A stretch of DNA of 64,000 bases from Eledone cirrhosa (Eukaryota), in contig OZ024743.1 of NCBI GenBank assembly GCA_964016885.1, positions 260,338,001-260,402,000 of the forward strand, written 5' to 3'. Each line of letters begins with the position of its first letter. Position 1 is the first letter of the stretch. Positions 13,141 to 29,804 of the stretch are shown one piece after another. The translations under genes and the position numbers were made by a program. The notes beneath the pieces are model-generated. The model was not told the DNA's origin, did not search any database, and saw nothing but the letters and a program-made list of their open reading frames with translations.

Positions 13141-13346
<206 letters not shown>

Positions 13347-13414
13347 GTTAATCCGGATTGAATCGGAGGTAACCACAGTAAGTAAGGTACTCAATACATT
13401 GCAGAGTATAACAT

Positions 13415-13546
13415 TTTTAATATAGATGAGATTCTACAGGACTAGAACTGTTTCATTCTTTAGAAATCATCAGGAGTCTGCAGATTCCTGATGATTTCTA
13501 AAGAATGAAATAGTTCTAGTCCTATATAATCTCATCTATATTAAAA
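13415..13546. ncRNA. Palindrome carrying two divergently oriented hammerheads (13430-13478 minus, 13483-13531 plus)
   Basis: ga(c/t)tc-CTGATGA-tttctaaagaat-GAAA-(c/t)ag..ct(g/a)-TA-(g/t)aatc on each arm, centred on ctgcag at 13478-13483. Confidence 0.82.
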
Positions 13547-13664
13547 CTTATATATATAGATATATATATATGTATATTGTCATACTTTGGAAGGGTTATG
13601 CTGGCAATATATATATATAATATATATATATACTCCTTAGCCACTCAGCCATAATACCTGTATG

Positions 13665-13812
<148 letters not shown>

Positions 13813-13853
13813 CATACTTTGGGAGGGTTAAGCTGCCAATATATATATATAAA

Positions 13854-13931
<78 letters not shown>

Positions 13932-13998
13932 ATACTTGGGGAGGGTCATATTTGTGTAATATTGCCAGAATTAATAACAGAATTTAGAACGTAGCACG

Positions 13999-15078
13999 AT
14001 GGAAAGCATCCAGCAGATAGCTAATTCCATACACCAGAGTATAACTGTAACTATCGACTTCCCTTCCAAACACCCTAACAATAGACTACCTGCATTAGAC
14101 ACAGAACTCTGGATTAACACTATAGACGAGAGAGCCCAAATTCTCCACTCACACTATGCTAAACGCATGGCCTCCAAATACCTAATACTCAAAAACTCAG
14201 CAATGTCCAGTAGTGCTAAGTTTAATATTCTGATCGCAGATTTGGTACGAGTGATGAAGAATGTGTCCCGCATGTGCGACCCAACAGAAATGGAAAGACA
14301 CATCCAACACTTCATCAACCGCATGCAGTTCTCTCGCTACAACCAAAGAGACAGAGTCAGAGTATACGAAAGAGCCATGGAAAAGTATAAGACCCTCATA
14401 GAACTGGACATGAAAGGAATTTGCCCATTATACAGGAGCAAATCATGGAATAGCTTAGATAGGGCTAGACATAAGATAGGGAAAGCCACCTCATGGTACG
14501 ACAACTAGAGATACCAGAGTGTCATGTTTGTGGACGCCACCCCTGGAGGGAAATTAGCTAACCAGTGTAGAAAGGCCCTGAGAAAGACCCACTTAAAAAT
14601 AAAGGTGGTAGAAAAGCCAGGAACCACCATAAAATCCATGATCAGCAAAACCTACCCTTTTAAGAAAACCCACTGTACCAATAGGAAATGTATCATATGT
14701 AAGGTGAACCCCCGGATAAACTGTAAAACTAGAAACGTAGTCTATAGCATAAGATGTACAGAGGGTACTTGCAGAAACATGACAAAAACATACATAGGTG
14801 AGACAGCTCGTAGCATAGGTGAAAGGATAGACCAACACTGGGGGGAACTAAAAGGACGAAAAAACGGGTTAGTACTATACGAACATGCTAGACAACAACA
14901 TGACGGTAACATAGACAACATAGAAATTAGAATAATATCTAAACATAGAAATGACCCAGCAGATAGGCAAATCAGAGAGGCCAGTGAAATAGAAATTAGA
15001 AGACCAAAGCTAAACAGAAAGAATGAATGGAATAACAACAACACCCAAACAAACAACACTGACCTAAGAGAAGTATAA
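13999..15078 (+). pseudogene. PLE RT C-terminus, Cys-rich linker and GIY-YIG endonuclease, with one in-frame TAG at 14506-14508
   Basis: ORFs 13999..14508 and 14524..15078 share a frame; RLPALD, C-x4-C-x2-C, NVVYSIRC...YIGETARSIGERIDQH...REASEI...LN. Confidence 0.88.
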
Positions 15079-15314
15079 ATAAGTAAATAAAATAAGATAA
15101 ATAAATAAATAAATACATACACAAGCACAATAACAACAAGCACATAAACACACACTAGTCACCCATCACACAGCAAACATAACACTATACACACGCGCAA
15201 ACGCATGCGCAAAGAAGACGAAATAAAATAAACAAACAAGCAAATAAATAAATAAATATATAGACAGACTGAATAAAAATGGCGTAGACATACAACACAA
15301 CAGAAGGAAAATAT

Positions 15315-15372
15315 AACACCACTGACGATGTTGCAGATGTGCAACGAAAGATTTATGATAAACTATATATAT
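15315..15372 (+). ncRNA. Probable hammerhead in the PLE 3' region
   Basis: CTGACGA-t-gttgca-gatg-tgcaac-GAAA followed by an imperfect stem III; stem I is poor. Confidence 0.55.
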
Positions 15373-15617
15373 GTGTTTGTGTCTATATTGTATCTGTATT
15401 ATTTTTGACCGTCGGTCAGTCAATGGCAACATTGAGGACCGAGTAAGTTAGATTACCGATATAAAAGACAGCGAGAAGCAAAAACCAACCAAACAGTGAG
15501 TGTGTTCTGTTATTAATTCTGGTAATATTACACAAATATGACCATCCCCAAGTATAACAATATTTGTTTCGACACACGATTTCATATAAAAAATCTCGCA
15601 AAACTAATTCATCGCCG

Positions 15618-15655
<38 letters not shown>

Positions 15656-16372
15656 AACATATATGTGTGTATGGTTGGGGTGGCACTGTTACAAAATGCC
15701 ATAAAACATAGGTATGGAATACACAGGATGACATTACTTGTGTAAGATGTTAATGTTGTTGTTTTGTTGGGCCCATACATAAATATGAGTAACTGTAATA
15801 GAGAACTCGTATGTTCGTGTATTTATTCACAAACGGTCGTATATTTGCATTTACTGATATTTAAAAGTAATTTATAACTCAGAACGGCTGTTATCAAATG
15901 CCAAATTTCTTTGCAGAATACATATATCAATTCTTTTCTATCTCCCATTTCATTTCAATAGCTGCTGGTTTTTCTTTCATTCTCTCTTTCTCTCTCACTT
16001 TCTCGCCCTCCCTCACCCTCTCTCTTTCGTTCTCTCTCGTTCCCTCTCGTTCGCTCTATCTCTATCTATATTTGTCCACGCTCTTTTTCTCTTTCATTTG
16101 GTAAAAATAAAGTAAACGTCTATTGGTCGTTATGAAATAGAGAATCGGTTTTATTGTGTTTGTTTTCTAAACGAAGACATTATTTATTCATAGAACAAAG
16201 TCATTTGTTTCTCACAAACTTTAACACCTGACGATGCCATGGTCATACTATTTTCACCTGGTGATAGATCGTAGGGGCGCCTTCCTAACATACATCGTGT
16301 CTTGGACACTTAAGCCTGGTCCAGCCCATCCCTCTCCAAGTCTGTACACAGCCGATTTCTTCTAGAAGAAAG

Positions 16373-16403
<31 letters not shown>

Positions 16404-16882
16404 AGGGAAAATGAGAAAGCAAAAATAGGAAAGAGTGTATGTGAAAAAATCAACCCCAGTATGAGGCTGGTACTTTATTTATCAACCAACTTTTATATAG
16501 ACACTTTAAATCTTATATTTCAAAAGAATGGTTGAAATAGCCATCATATTTGATAGATATACAGCTAAGTTTGTGTGAGAGAGATAGGGGGAGAGAGAGA
16601 ACGAGAGAGAGAGAGACAGATAGAGAGAGAATGAGAGAGAGACAGAGCGAGAGACAGAGAGAGAGTGAGAGAGAGTAAAGTGAGAGAGAGAATTGAACAA
16701 TTCAAACAACATGAAGTAAAACTTATAAAACACGATACAGTCAAATGATTGGTTGATACAATCGCCATATTGGAGAATAGAGAAAAGGTTTATGAGAATT
16801 GTGGCTAATAAGAAATATGATATGAGGAAATAAATGTCCAAGTGTTGGCATTTAAATTTCTACATTTTGCAACCATTACAAC

Positions 16883-16885
<3 letters not shown>

Positions 16886-16914
<29 letters not shown>

Positions 16915-17007
16915 CTTCTTCTTCTTCTTCTTCTTCTTCTTCTTCTTCTTCTTCTTCTTCTTCTTCTTCTTCTTCTTCTTCTTCTTCTTCTTCTTCTTCT
17001 TCTTCTT
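16886..17007. repeat. (TTC)n microsatellite
   Basis: Direct reading. Confidence 0.98.
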
Positions 17008-17238
17008 CCCCCGCCTCCTCCTCCTCCTATTATTATTTTATTTATGTTTGTTCTTCGTATCTTTCTTACCTCCCCTTCTTCCTTCTCTGAAACAACAGCT
17101 TGTCAAGTAGCAGAATGGATGTTAAACATACAGAATGTGTAAATGAATTTTGTGTGGAGGTGGAATTAGTGTGAGACATATTTGTGTTCATACCTCTCCC
17201 AAACTATCTCTCTCTTTCTTACTCAATATACATATATA

Positions 17239-17352
<114 letters not shown>

Positions 17353-17462
17353 TATATATATATATATAGTATGATACATGCATACACAGAGGCGCAGACA
17401 GACACACACATACAAATACAAATATGTATGTGTGTATATCTCCCTATGTATCACCCTCTCTC

Positions 17463-17495
<33 letters not shown>

Positions 17496-17513
17496 ATTAT
17501 TAATAGTTATATA

Positions 17514-17592
17514 TTGGGTCGTCAAGTATTAAATTTGTAGAAATTTGTAGAAAGAAAATAAATTTCTACAAATTTCATACTTGACAACCCAA
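17514..17592. mobile_element. About 79-bp mariner-type MITE (MADE1-like architecture)
   Basis: TA-ttgggtcgtcaagtattaaatttgtagaaattt ... aaatttctacaaatttcatacttgacaacccaa-TA. Confidence 0.8.
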
Positions 17593-17862
17593 TATGTATA
17601 TACGTGTGTGTGTGTGTGTAAGTATATATGTACATATATATAAACATATATATATATAGAAAGACAGAGGAAGAGAGTGAGGGATAGTAAAGCATCACTC
17701 TGATTCACTCCATCGTTACTCAGAGTTTCACACAGACACGTTTTATTGTTATTCCAATAAATATAAACTTTACGTCATTGTCAGACATCTTTTCTCTCGT
17801 CTGTACGGATAAAATTGCATGTCTACAAGTATTTGTCTGTATATGTATATATATTCATATAT

Positions 17863-17972
<110 letters not shown>

Positions 17973-18113
17973 CATATACATATATATGTATATATATACG
18001 TATATATATATACTGTATGTATATATATATATATATATACACACACATACATGTGTTTGGGTACACATGCATACATATATATGTAAAGATATACATATAT
18101 ATGCTTATATGTG

Positions 18114-18168
<55 letters not shown>

Positions 18169-18308
18169 ATGTGTATATGCATATATATTTGATTATTACA
18201 CAATCGTGTCGGTCTGCTAATAATTCTTCACACTATCTTTTCCTCACCCTCTCTCTCTCTCCCTCTCTCTCCCTCTTTCTCTTTCTCTCTATCTATCTAT
18301 CTATCTAT

Positions 18309-18397
<89 letters not shown>

Positions 18398-19552
18398 ACT
18401 TTACTCTCTATCGCCCTCTTTCACATTCTCTCCCCTCATCCTATCCCTCTTTCTCTTTCTCACTCTTTCAAACACATACTCATTCAGTTTCTGTTTCTCT
18501 CTCCATATTGTATTATATGTAAATGCATGTTTATATCTATGCATGTCATATATATATTTATTTATTAATTTATATATATATATGTGTGTGTGTGTATCTA
18601 TATATAATAGCTACACATACATACATACATACATACATACATACATACATACATACATACATACATACATACATACATACATACATACATACATACATAC
18701 ATACAAACATACATATAAATTGCATGAAGGCATTCACCATCTCAACTGAGATCATGATTGACATGAAAAACTAGGAAATAACAAATACAGATTGACTCTG
18801 TAGATTATAGGTGAGTATGAACTCATGCATTCAAATCGGGATTTAAGGAATTGCATCCGCCATTTATGCTAAATTAAAGTATATTCCTACAAAGTTGACA
18901 TTACATTTCTTTACTTTTATTAGAGAATTTACATTAATCGACAGTAAATAAATCGATACACAATATATGATATTGTGCAGCTGTTGCAATCGCATTCACA
19001 CTACGAATAGATTGCGAGAGAAAGCAGATAACAGATAAAGTATTTTTAAAATCTATCGACGCAAATGTTCTCCTTTCTCTTCTGCATAGACTCAGAGGCA
19101 TGGCTGTGTGGTTAATGGTGTTGGGTTCGTATGTATGTGGTTTCGGGTTCTCTCCCTCTGTTCAGAACCTTGTGCAAATTGTCTTGCATGCTATAACCTT
19201 GATTTGAGCAATGTCTTGTGAGTAGAATTTGGTAGACAGAATCACACCCACACACATGTACAGATATAAATCATAAATATATATGCATATATATATATAT
19301 ATATATATATGGAAAAGAATGAAACGAAATTTCATTTCTCACTCTTAGTACAGTTTATACTTAAATGTAAGTATGTATACGTACATACATATATGTATAC
19401 AGACGTACAGTAGTATGTATATATATATACATACATGTACACACACACATATATATATATGTACGTATGGCTTTACCGAACATTTATTATAATGTTCGGT
19501 TTGTTTGTAAACATATGTTTATATATAAATGTATATATATATATATATATAA

Positions 19553-19602
<50 letters not shown>

Positions 19603-19643
19603 TATATGTATATATATATATTATATATATATATGTATATATA

Positions 19644-21502
<1,859 letters not shown>

Positions 21503-21528
21503 ATAGAGAAATTAATGTGAGCAAGAAG

Positions 21529-21621
21529 CCGATTGTGTTGTTGTTTCTGTTTACCTTTTACATATATATATATAATATATATATGTATGTAAAAGGTAAA
21601 CAGAAACAACAACACAATCGG
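21529..21621. repeat. Short inverted repeat around a (TA)n core
   Basis: ccgattgtgttgttgtttctgtttaccttttacata ... tatgtaaaaggtaaacagaaacaacaacacaatcgg. Confidence 0.9.
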
Positions 21622-21675
21622 TACAGTATACGGAAGGTATATATTAGGTTAACGCTTGATATAGCAGGAAGCGGG

Positions 21676-21720
21676 TCATAACGTTTCGGACGCTAGTCCT
21701 TCATCAGAAGAAAGAATGAG
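21676..21720 (-). ncRNA. Possible minimal hammerhead
   Basis: Reverse strand reads CTGATGA-aggac-tagc-gtcc-GAAA-cgtta; stem I is weak. Confidence 0.55.
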
Positions 21721-22035
21721 AAATAAAATAGATTGAGAGGACGGGCGGGATGGAATTGGAAAAAATGTCCATATATTGATAGTTATCACAAACGTTTGTT
21801 TTTTCTTAATTTGTTTCGTTTAACTTAGTCTGGCAGACCGTTTTGTTTATAGTTAGTATACTGTTCAACCTAGCAAATATTTGGTCCCTTATAATCGGAA
21901 TACAGACGTGTATATATCTGTGTTTTTCTCTCTTTATATTGAATTATATTACACGGCCCGGAAAATATTTTCCTTGAGGTAATTTTAATTGTAAGGGACC
22001 TATATGCATTATATATAAACATATATATATATGGA

Positions 22036-22076
<41 letters not shown>

Positions 22077-22081
22077 TTATA

Positions 22082-23803
<1,722 letters not shown>

Positions 23804-23847
23804 TTTATATATATATATATAAATATATATATATATACATATATATA

Positions 23848-23921
23848 TATACATGTGTGTGTGTGTGTGTACGTGGGCATCCTTACATTTATGTATCAGC
23901 TGTTCTAGGGCAAGAACTAAA

Positions 23922-23994
<73 letters not shown>

Positions 23995-24068
23995 TAATTT
24001 TAGTTCTTGCCCTAGAACAGCTGATACATAAATGTAAGGATGCCCACGTACACACACACACACACATG

Positions 24069-24072
<4 letters not shown>
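23848..24072. repeat. Inverted repeat around a (TA)n core
   Basis: acgtgggcatccttac...aactaaaattataat (TA)n attataattttagtt...gtaaggatgcccacgt. Confidence 0.92.
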
Positions 24073-24099
<27 letters not shown>

Positions 24100-24798
24100 T
24101 TATATATATATACATAAACATATATACACATACATATGTACATATGGGTTATATCGAACATTAATAATAATGTTCGATTCGTTTGTAAACAAACTGAAGA
24201 TGTGTCGTGCCGGTGACCGATCATCACCTGTTTGTTCAACACTGACTTTGAGGAACAATCAACATGTTTTCTGGGTCATTACCCTTCATACTTACACACA
24301 CACACATATATATATATATTATATATATATATACATTTATGTTATGTTTAGTGGTTTACTACTGGACAGAAGTGGTCATTCCGTTTAGTTAGCCATGATA
24401 TAATAATAGTAGGAAAAGCACTCACTGTTAGGCAACTCACTCAACGTTGATGTTTAATCCTGTGGTTGGTGCCGGAATGGAGTTAAATATTAGTTTATAA
24501 AAGAGTTTGTTGGCTCTATAAGTTTCCTCATGTATTCTTCATTAGATGGTATAGGTATATCCTTGAGAGATGTCGGGAATGTGAAGAATTCCATTTTTTA
24601 TTCAATATACAATCTATTGTATAGAAAAGCGCTCAACCTGCTGGGAGCTAGTTATATTTAAAGGTTAAACAAGGTTCAATGAATAAATCAAAGAATGAGT
24701 TTTACAATAGATTGGAAGCACTCAAAGATAATGGTTTTCCGGAGTTATTAATATTAATTCAAAATATTAACAAAAATAGAATTTCTTGTGATCAAGTA

Positions 24799-24865
24799 TA
24801 TTTTATTATACATATTTCAGAGGTACTGAGCTAACTTCAACAGTACGTCCTCATCAGATAAAATA
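24799..24865 (-). ncRNA. Intact minimal hammerhead
   Basis: tattttat-CTGATGA-ggacgtactg..cagtacctct-GAAA-tatgta-TA-ataaaata, with a perfect 8-bp stem I. Confidence 0.88.
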
Positions 24866-25644
24866 AGATGATGCATGACGTACCCTGACATAGTAGATGG
24901 TTAAGATCCAGTCATGGTAGTGAGTAAGATATGACAAAACTCAATATTTATATATCTCAAGATTGAGACATGAAAAAACTTACATATAATACATATAATA
25001 CAAAGGGTGCGTGCGAGAAAGCTTAAAAATACATAACAGCAATTTACATAACTGTTAGAGATTCAAATAATTTAAATTATTGAAGAAAGAGGAAACAAAA
25101 AAAAGAAAGACAGAGAGAAAACAGATGAGGGGAAATTATAGCTAGTAGAGGTATAGAGAGCAAAAGAGAATTGATCAAGGAAAGAGAGACAAGGAGGAAT
25201 AATTATAGGGAGGGATGAATTATATATATTTATACATAACTATACATTTGGGCATAGCTTTGCGAAAGAGTAAACTCTAATCTTTGAATTATTGAATTAT
25301 CTAGAAGTATTCATCAATCTAAATCCTAAATATAACTGGGTGTAATTATATGAAGGTTAATTTCCAGTCCTTAGTTAATTAGTTATATATACTATCCAAA
25401 CGTATCCGGTTGACCGTTAACTTTCAAATCATTTAAGTTAGTTCAGAGTAATGAATTAATCAAAGTGTATAATATTTCAGGCTATAAAAGTTTATAAATA
25501 TCTGTATTAATATTAAAGTATACTATCATATTTAATTTATAAAATCATATTTTATGAAATCATATTTAAACTATTTGCAAACATGAGAAAGAAGACATAA
25601 TATTTTCATCCTCACGAAGTTAATTCTTATTAAATTTTATTATA

Positions 25645-25822
25645 TTGGCAGTGTCGGTAGAGTGTCGGACGCCATGCTTTCCAACATAGTTACGTCCCTT
25701 TACGATCTGAGTTCAAATCCCGCCGAGGTTGACTTTGCCTTTCATCCTTACGGGGTCGATAAAATAAAGTACAGGTAATGCACTGGGTAATTGCTGGCCT
25801 TGTGCCTAAAGTAGAAACAATT
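25645..25822 (+). mobile_element. tRNA-derived SINE
   Basis: Matches the main SINE family. Confidence 0.9.
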
Positions 25823-27153
25823 ATATTATATTTAATTATTTATATTATATTGAAGATAATTCGCATCATATAATTTATAAAATAATTAGAGTTATAATTT
25901 TAAAAATTAAGATTAATAATTATAATGCCTTAAAGCATCAAAAGGCCTTATAATTAAACTTTTTAAAAAATTATTATTAAATTAGATATATGCATTTGTC
26001 TAAATATAAACAAAGATTATATTGTCTAAAGATTAAGATGATACTTATCAGTTATATATAACATAATATAATACAATAAATAAGTTACTGATAATATTGT
26101 TAAAAATTAAGGTTTTATCATTTATTATAATAGGGTCATGTAATACATATATACTATAAATATACAAGTCAAACTTCATGAATCATAAGGATAAGAACCA
26201 GATTCAAAGTAAAAAAGTGAATTCTTTGCGATCTTAAAAATGCCCACTATCCAAGCTATATAGTTTAAAAATACAAGAAAATGTTTTTAAAAATGTATAT
26301 AGTAGTATAATGTGTCTGCAAACATGAGAAAGAGAAAACCTAAGGATTTCATTGACTCGAAGGTAACCCGAATTTAATTAAATTAAATTAAATAATAATC
26401 GTTATATAACTTAAAATATCATGTCTTCTTTCTCATATTTGCAAATAGTTTAAATATGATTTCATAAAATATGATTTTATAAATTAAATATGATAGTATA
26501 CTTTAATATTGATACAGATATTTATAAACTTTTATAGCCTGAAATATTATACACTTTGATTAATTCATTACTCTGAACTAACTTAAATGATTTGAAAGTT
26601 AACGGTCAACCGGATACGTTTGGATAGTATATATAACTAATTAACTAAGGACTGGAAATTAACCTTCATATAATTACACCCAGTTATATTTAGGATTTAG
26701 ATTGATGAATACTTCTAGATAATTCAATAATTCAAAGATTCGAGTTTACTCTATCGCATAGCTATGCCCAAATGTATAGGTATGTATAGATATATATAAT
26801 TCATCCCTCCCTATAATTATTCCTCTTTGTCTCTCTTTCCTTGATCAATTCTCTTTTGCTCTCTATACCTCTGCTAGCTATATTTTCCCCTAATCTGTTT
26901 TCTCTCTGTCTTTCTTTTTTTTCTTTCCTCTTTCTTCAATAATTTAAATTATTTGAATCTCTAACAGTTATGTAAATTACTGTTATGTATTTTTAAGCTT
27001 TCTCGCACGCACCCTCTGTATTATATGTATTATATGTAAGTTTTTTCATGTCTCAATCTTGAGATATATAAATATTGAGTTTTGTCATATCTTACTCACT
27101 ACCATGACTGGATCTTAACCATCTACTATGTCAGGGTATGTCATGCATCATCT

Positions 27154-27220
27154 TATTTTATCTGATGAGGACGTACTGTTGAAGTTAGCTAAGTACCTCT
27201 TAAATATGTATAATAAAATA
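27154..27220 (+). ncRNA. Hammerhead copy with GAAA mutated to TAAA
   Basis: Mirror of 24799-24865; the catalytic G12 is lost. Confidence 0.75.
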
Positions 27221-27357
27221 TACTTGATCACAAGAAGTTCTATCTTTGTTAATATTTTGAATTAATATTAATAACTCCGGAAAACCATACCTTTGAGTGC
27301 TTCGAATCTATTGTAAAACTCATTCTTTAATTTATTCATTGAACCTTGTTTAACCTT

Positions 27358-27408
<51 letters not shown>

Positions 27409-27857
27409 GTTCGTAGATTAGTTATAACCTCTATGTCGTCCTTGATATTATTATATATACCAGACCTTATGCGGATGTAAGAAACATGTATTACATGGCT
27501 GTTAGATTGATCCCTAGTGTATTACTGGCTGTCCTCACGCTTCTGCGTTAATCCATCTTCATAGTTGTTCAACCTGCTAGATAATAGGGGCGGGGGGACA
27601 ATAGTGTACTATGACATATCTGAATATAAAATAAAAATTGGGTGCGATAGTCATGGATGGAATGTTTTAATCATAGGTCTACTTAATTATAATTGGCTTA
27701 AGTTTAGAAATATCAAATATTTGTTGCTTTTAGCAACCCCAGCGATAGAAGAAATGTCAACCACATAAAGATAGACTCTCAAGTTTTAAGTTGTTGGTGA
27801 AGGTGGTGGTGTTGGTGGCTGCGGTGGCGGCGGTATCAGTGATACCTGCTGCGATGC

Positions 27858-28205
27858 TGTCTACTGTAAGCTTGCCTAGTGTAAGCCTTTCCAAAGTAAG
27901 CTTCTTGCGAGCTTCCCTAACGTTGCGAGCCTGTCTACTGTTAGCCTGTTTACTACGAGTCTGTCTACCGCTGCGATCCTCTCTACAGTAAGCCTGTCTA
28001 CTGTCAGTCAGTTTACCGCTGCGATCCTCTCAACTATAAACCATCTACCGCTAGTCGTTTTACCGCTGCATTTCTCTCTACGGTAAGCCTGTCGACTACG
28101 AGTCTATTTACCGCTGTGGTCCTGTCTACTCCAAACTTGGCTAGTGCAAGCCTGTCTACTGCAAGCTTCTTTACCGCCGCGAGCCTGTTTACTACAAGCC
28201 TATGT
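27858..28205. repeat. Degenerate tandem repeat of about 15 bp (agcctgtctactg-like)
   Basis: Recurrent agcctgtctac / gtttaccgctgcg units. Confidence 0.7.
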
Positions 28206-28289
28206 CTGTTCTACGTCATTTGACCTCTCGTGATCAACAGAATACTTGAAAATGCACCCCGTTGTCGAAATATAATGGGTCTATAGTGA

Positions 28290-28600
28290 AGGTGCGTGGC
28301 TTACTGGTTACGGTATATGTCTCTCGAATACAAGGTCTAGAGTTTGATTCCCGGCCACGTGTTGTGTCTTTGAGCAAGTCATTTTATGTCGCGCTGCTCC
28401 ATTCCACTCAGCCAGAAAAAAGGAGACAAACCTGTAATTAAGGTCTTGTCACAGGCTGTGTCCCGCTGAATCTACCTGAGAATTATGTTAAAGGCACATA
28501 TGTCTGTAGAATGCTCAGCCAATTGCACGTTCATGTCATGAGCAGACTGTTGATCAAACAAGTAGAATATTCATGATCGTAACCAACAGAGGTCCAACGT
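28290..28600 (+). mobile_element. Second, longer tRNA-SINE family (related copies near 45135-45480 plus, 19095-19240 plus, 52395-52560 minus)
   Basis: A/B-box-like head, tgtgtctttgagcaagtc core, and gctgaatctacctgagaatta tail shared with about 45347-45368. Confidence 0.72.
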
Positions 28601-28616
28601 ACACACACACTATCTA

Positions 28617-29374
28617 ATACAGTTTTCCATCCTTCTCTGCCAAGCTTCTATGCATTGCTGGAAATACAGCTCCTTCATTATGGCTCTCTTGATGGCCTTC
28701 AAAACGGGTCTCCTTGATGACTCCCTTTTGCTTGAGGAAAAGAAAAAAAATGACACGGAGCAAGATAGTGTGAATAAGAAGGTTGTTCCTGTACAGCGAT
28801 GTTCTTCTCGGCCAGGAACTGCCGGATGCTCAGGGCGTTATGAACCGGCGATTTTCCGCATGTCCAAATCTTTGGTGATAATCTTCCAAACACTGTTGCG
28901 GGTTATGCCCAGCTCACTTGCGATCAGTCAAACAGTCAGCCGATGATCATCCCGCACCACCAGATTCACGCGCTCAACATTGGCCTCAGTCCTACTCGTT
29001 GAAGGCCTCCTGCTCCTAAGGTCGTCTTCCACGTTCTCACGTCCCTTTAAACCTCTTGTGCCAATCGAAATTCCATGAGCGTGACATCGTCTCATCTCCG
29101 TACACATCTTGCAGTATTTCCGAGTGCTTCTGACGGAGATTTCCTCAGCTGGACCAGAAACTTCAGGCTGGTTTGTTATTCTGTGCCCATCGCTCGACGA
29201 CCTAAAATTGAGTAGCTGTTAACAAAAGCACGCTAAAAAAACATACAATGGCTGCAGAGCTGAGATCGCAGTTATATACTCCCCGGATATTATGTCACAG
29301 GGTGACGCAACCCACTAATCCTCACTCATAGCTCACATACGACACTAAGTCCTGTTACTTTTCAGCCACATCTC

Positions 29375-29375
<1 letters not shown>
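28617..29375 (-). mobile_element. Decayed mariner (DD34D-type) transposon with one TIR retained
   Basis: TIR TA-cgagatgtggctgaaaagtaacaggac at the right end; start near 29190; QPSYSHYLAPCHFF resembles the mariner YSPDLAPCD motif. Confidence 0.85.
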
Positions 29376-29408
<33 letters not shown>

Positions 29409-29537
29409 TTTGGTATATTGTGTGTTAGATTTTGCCTACCACAATGTTCGATTTGTCAAGCTATTTAAACGTATGTTATTACTCTAAGGACCTACCTTAT
29501 CGAGTGCTTTGCTAACTCATTATTTCATAGAGTGGAT

Positions 29538-29727
29538 TGGCGGTGGATTGGCAGTATCGGTAGAGGGTCGGACGCCATGCTTTCCAGCATAGTTACGTCC
29601 CTTTACGATCTGAGTTCAAATCCCGCCGAGGTTGACTTTGCTTTTCATCCTTACGGGGTCGATAAAATAAAGTACCAGTAATGAACTGGGTAATTTGCTG
29701 GCCTTGTGCCTAAAGTAGAAACAATTA
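29538..29727 (+). mobile_element. tRNA-derived SINE
   Basis: Full-length match to the main family. Confidence 0.92.
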
Positions 29728-29772
29728 TTTCATAGAGTAGGCCGATTCTGCTTGCAAACCGGCAGAGATTGG

Positions 29773-29804
<32 letters not shown>

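Larger units (their letters stand above)
13925..15620 (+). mobile_element. 5'-truncated Penelope-like element (non-Naiad type) with an inverted terminal segment
   Basis: 13925-13982 is the reverse complement of 15505-15562; RT thumb and GIY-YIG ORF lie between; flanked by (TA)n. Confidence 0.85.
24490..27366. mobile_element. Second Naiad-like family: about 950-bp inverted pLTR arms (24652-25606 and 26413-27366) plus ORF N-terminus on the minus strand
   Basis: The arms are reverse complements; minus strand about 24593-24490 reads MEFFTFPTSLKDIPIPSNEEYMRKLIEPTNSFI, homologous to the ORF start at 3610. Confidence 0.87.

Noticed and set aside
29538-29625. tRNA-like A and B boxes as tRNA genes
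   Set aside because: They are SINE heads continuing into SINE bodies, with no complete cloverleaf.
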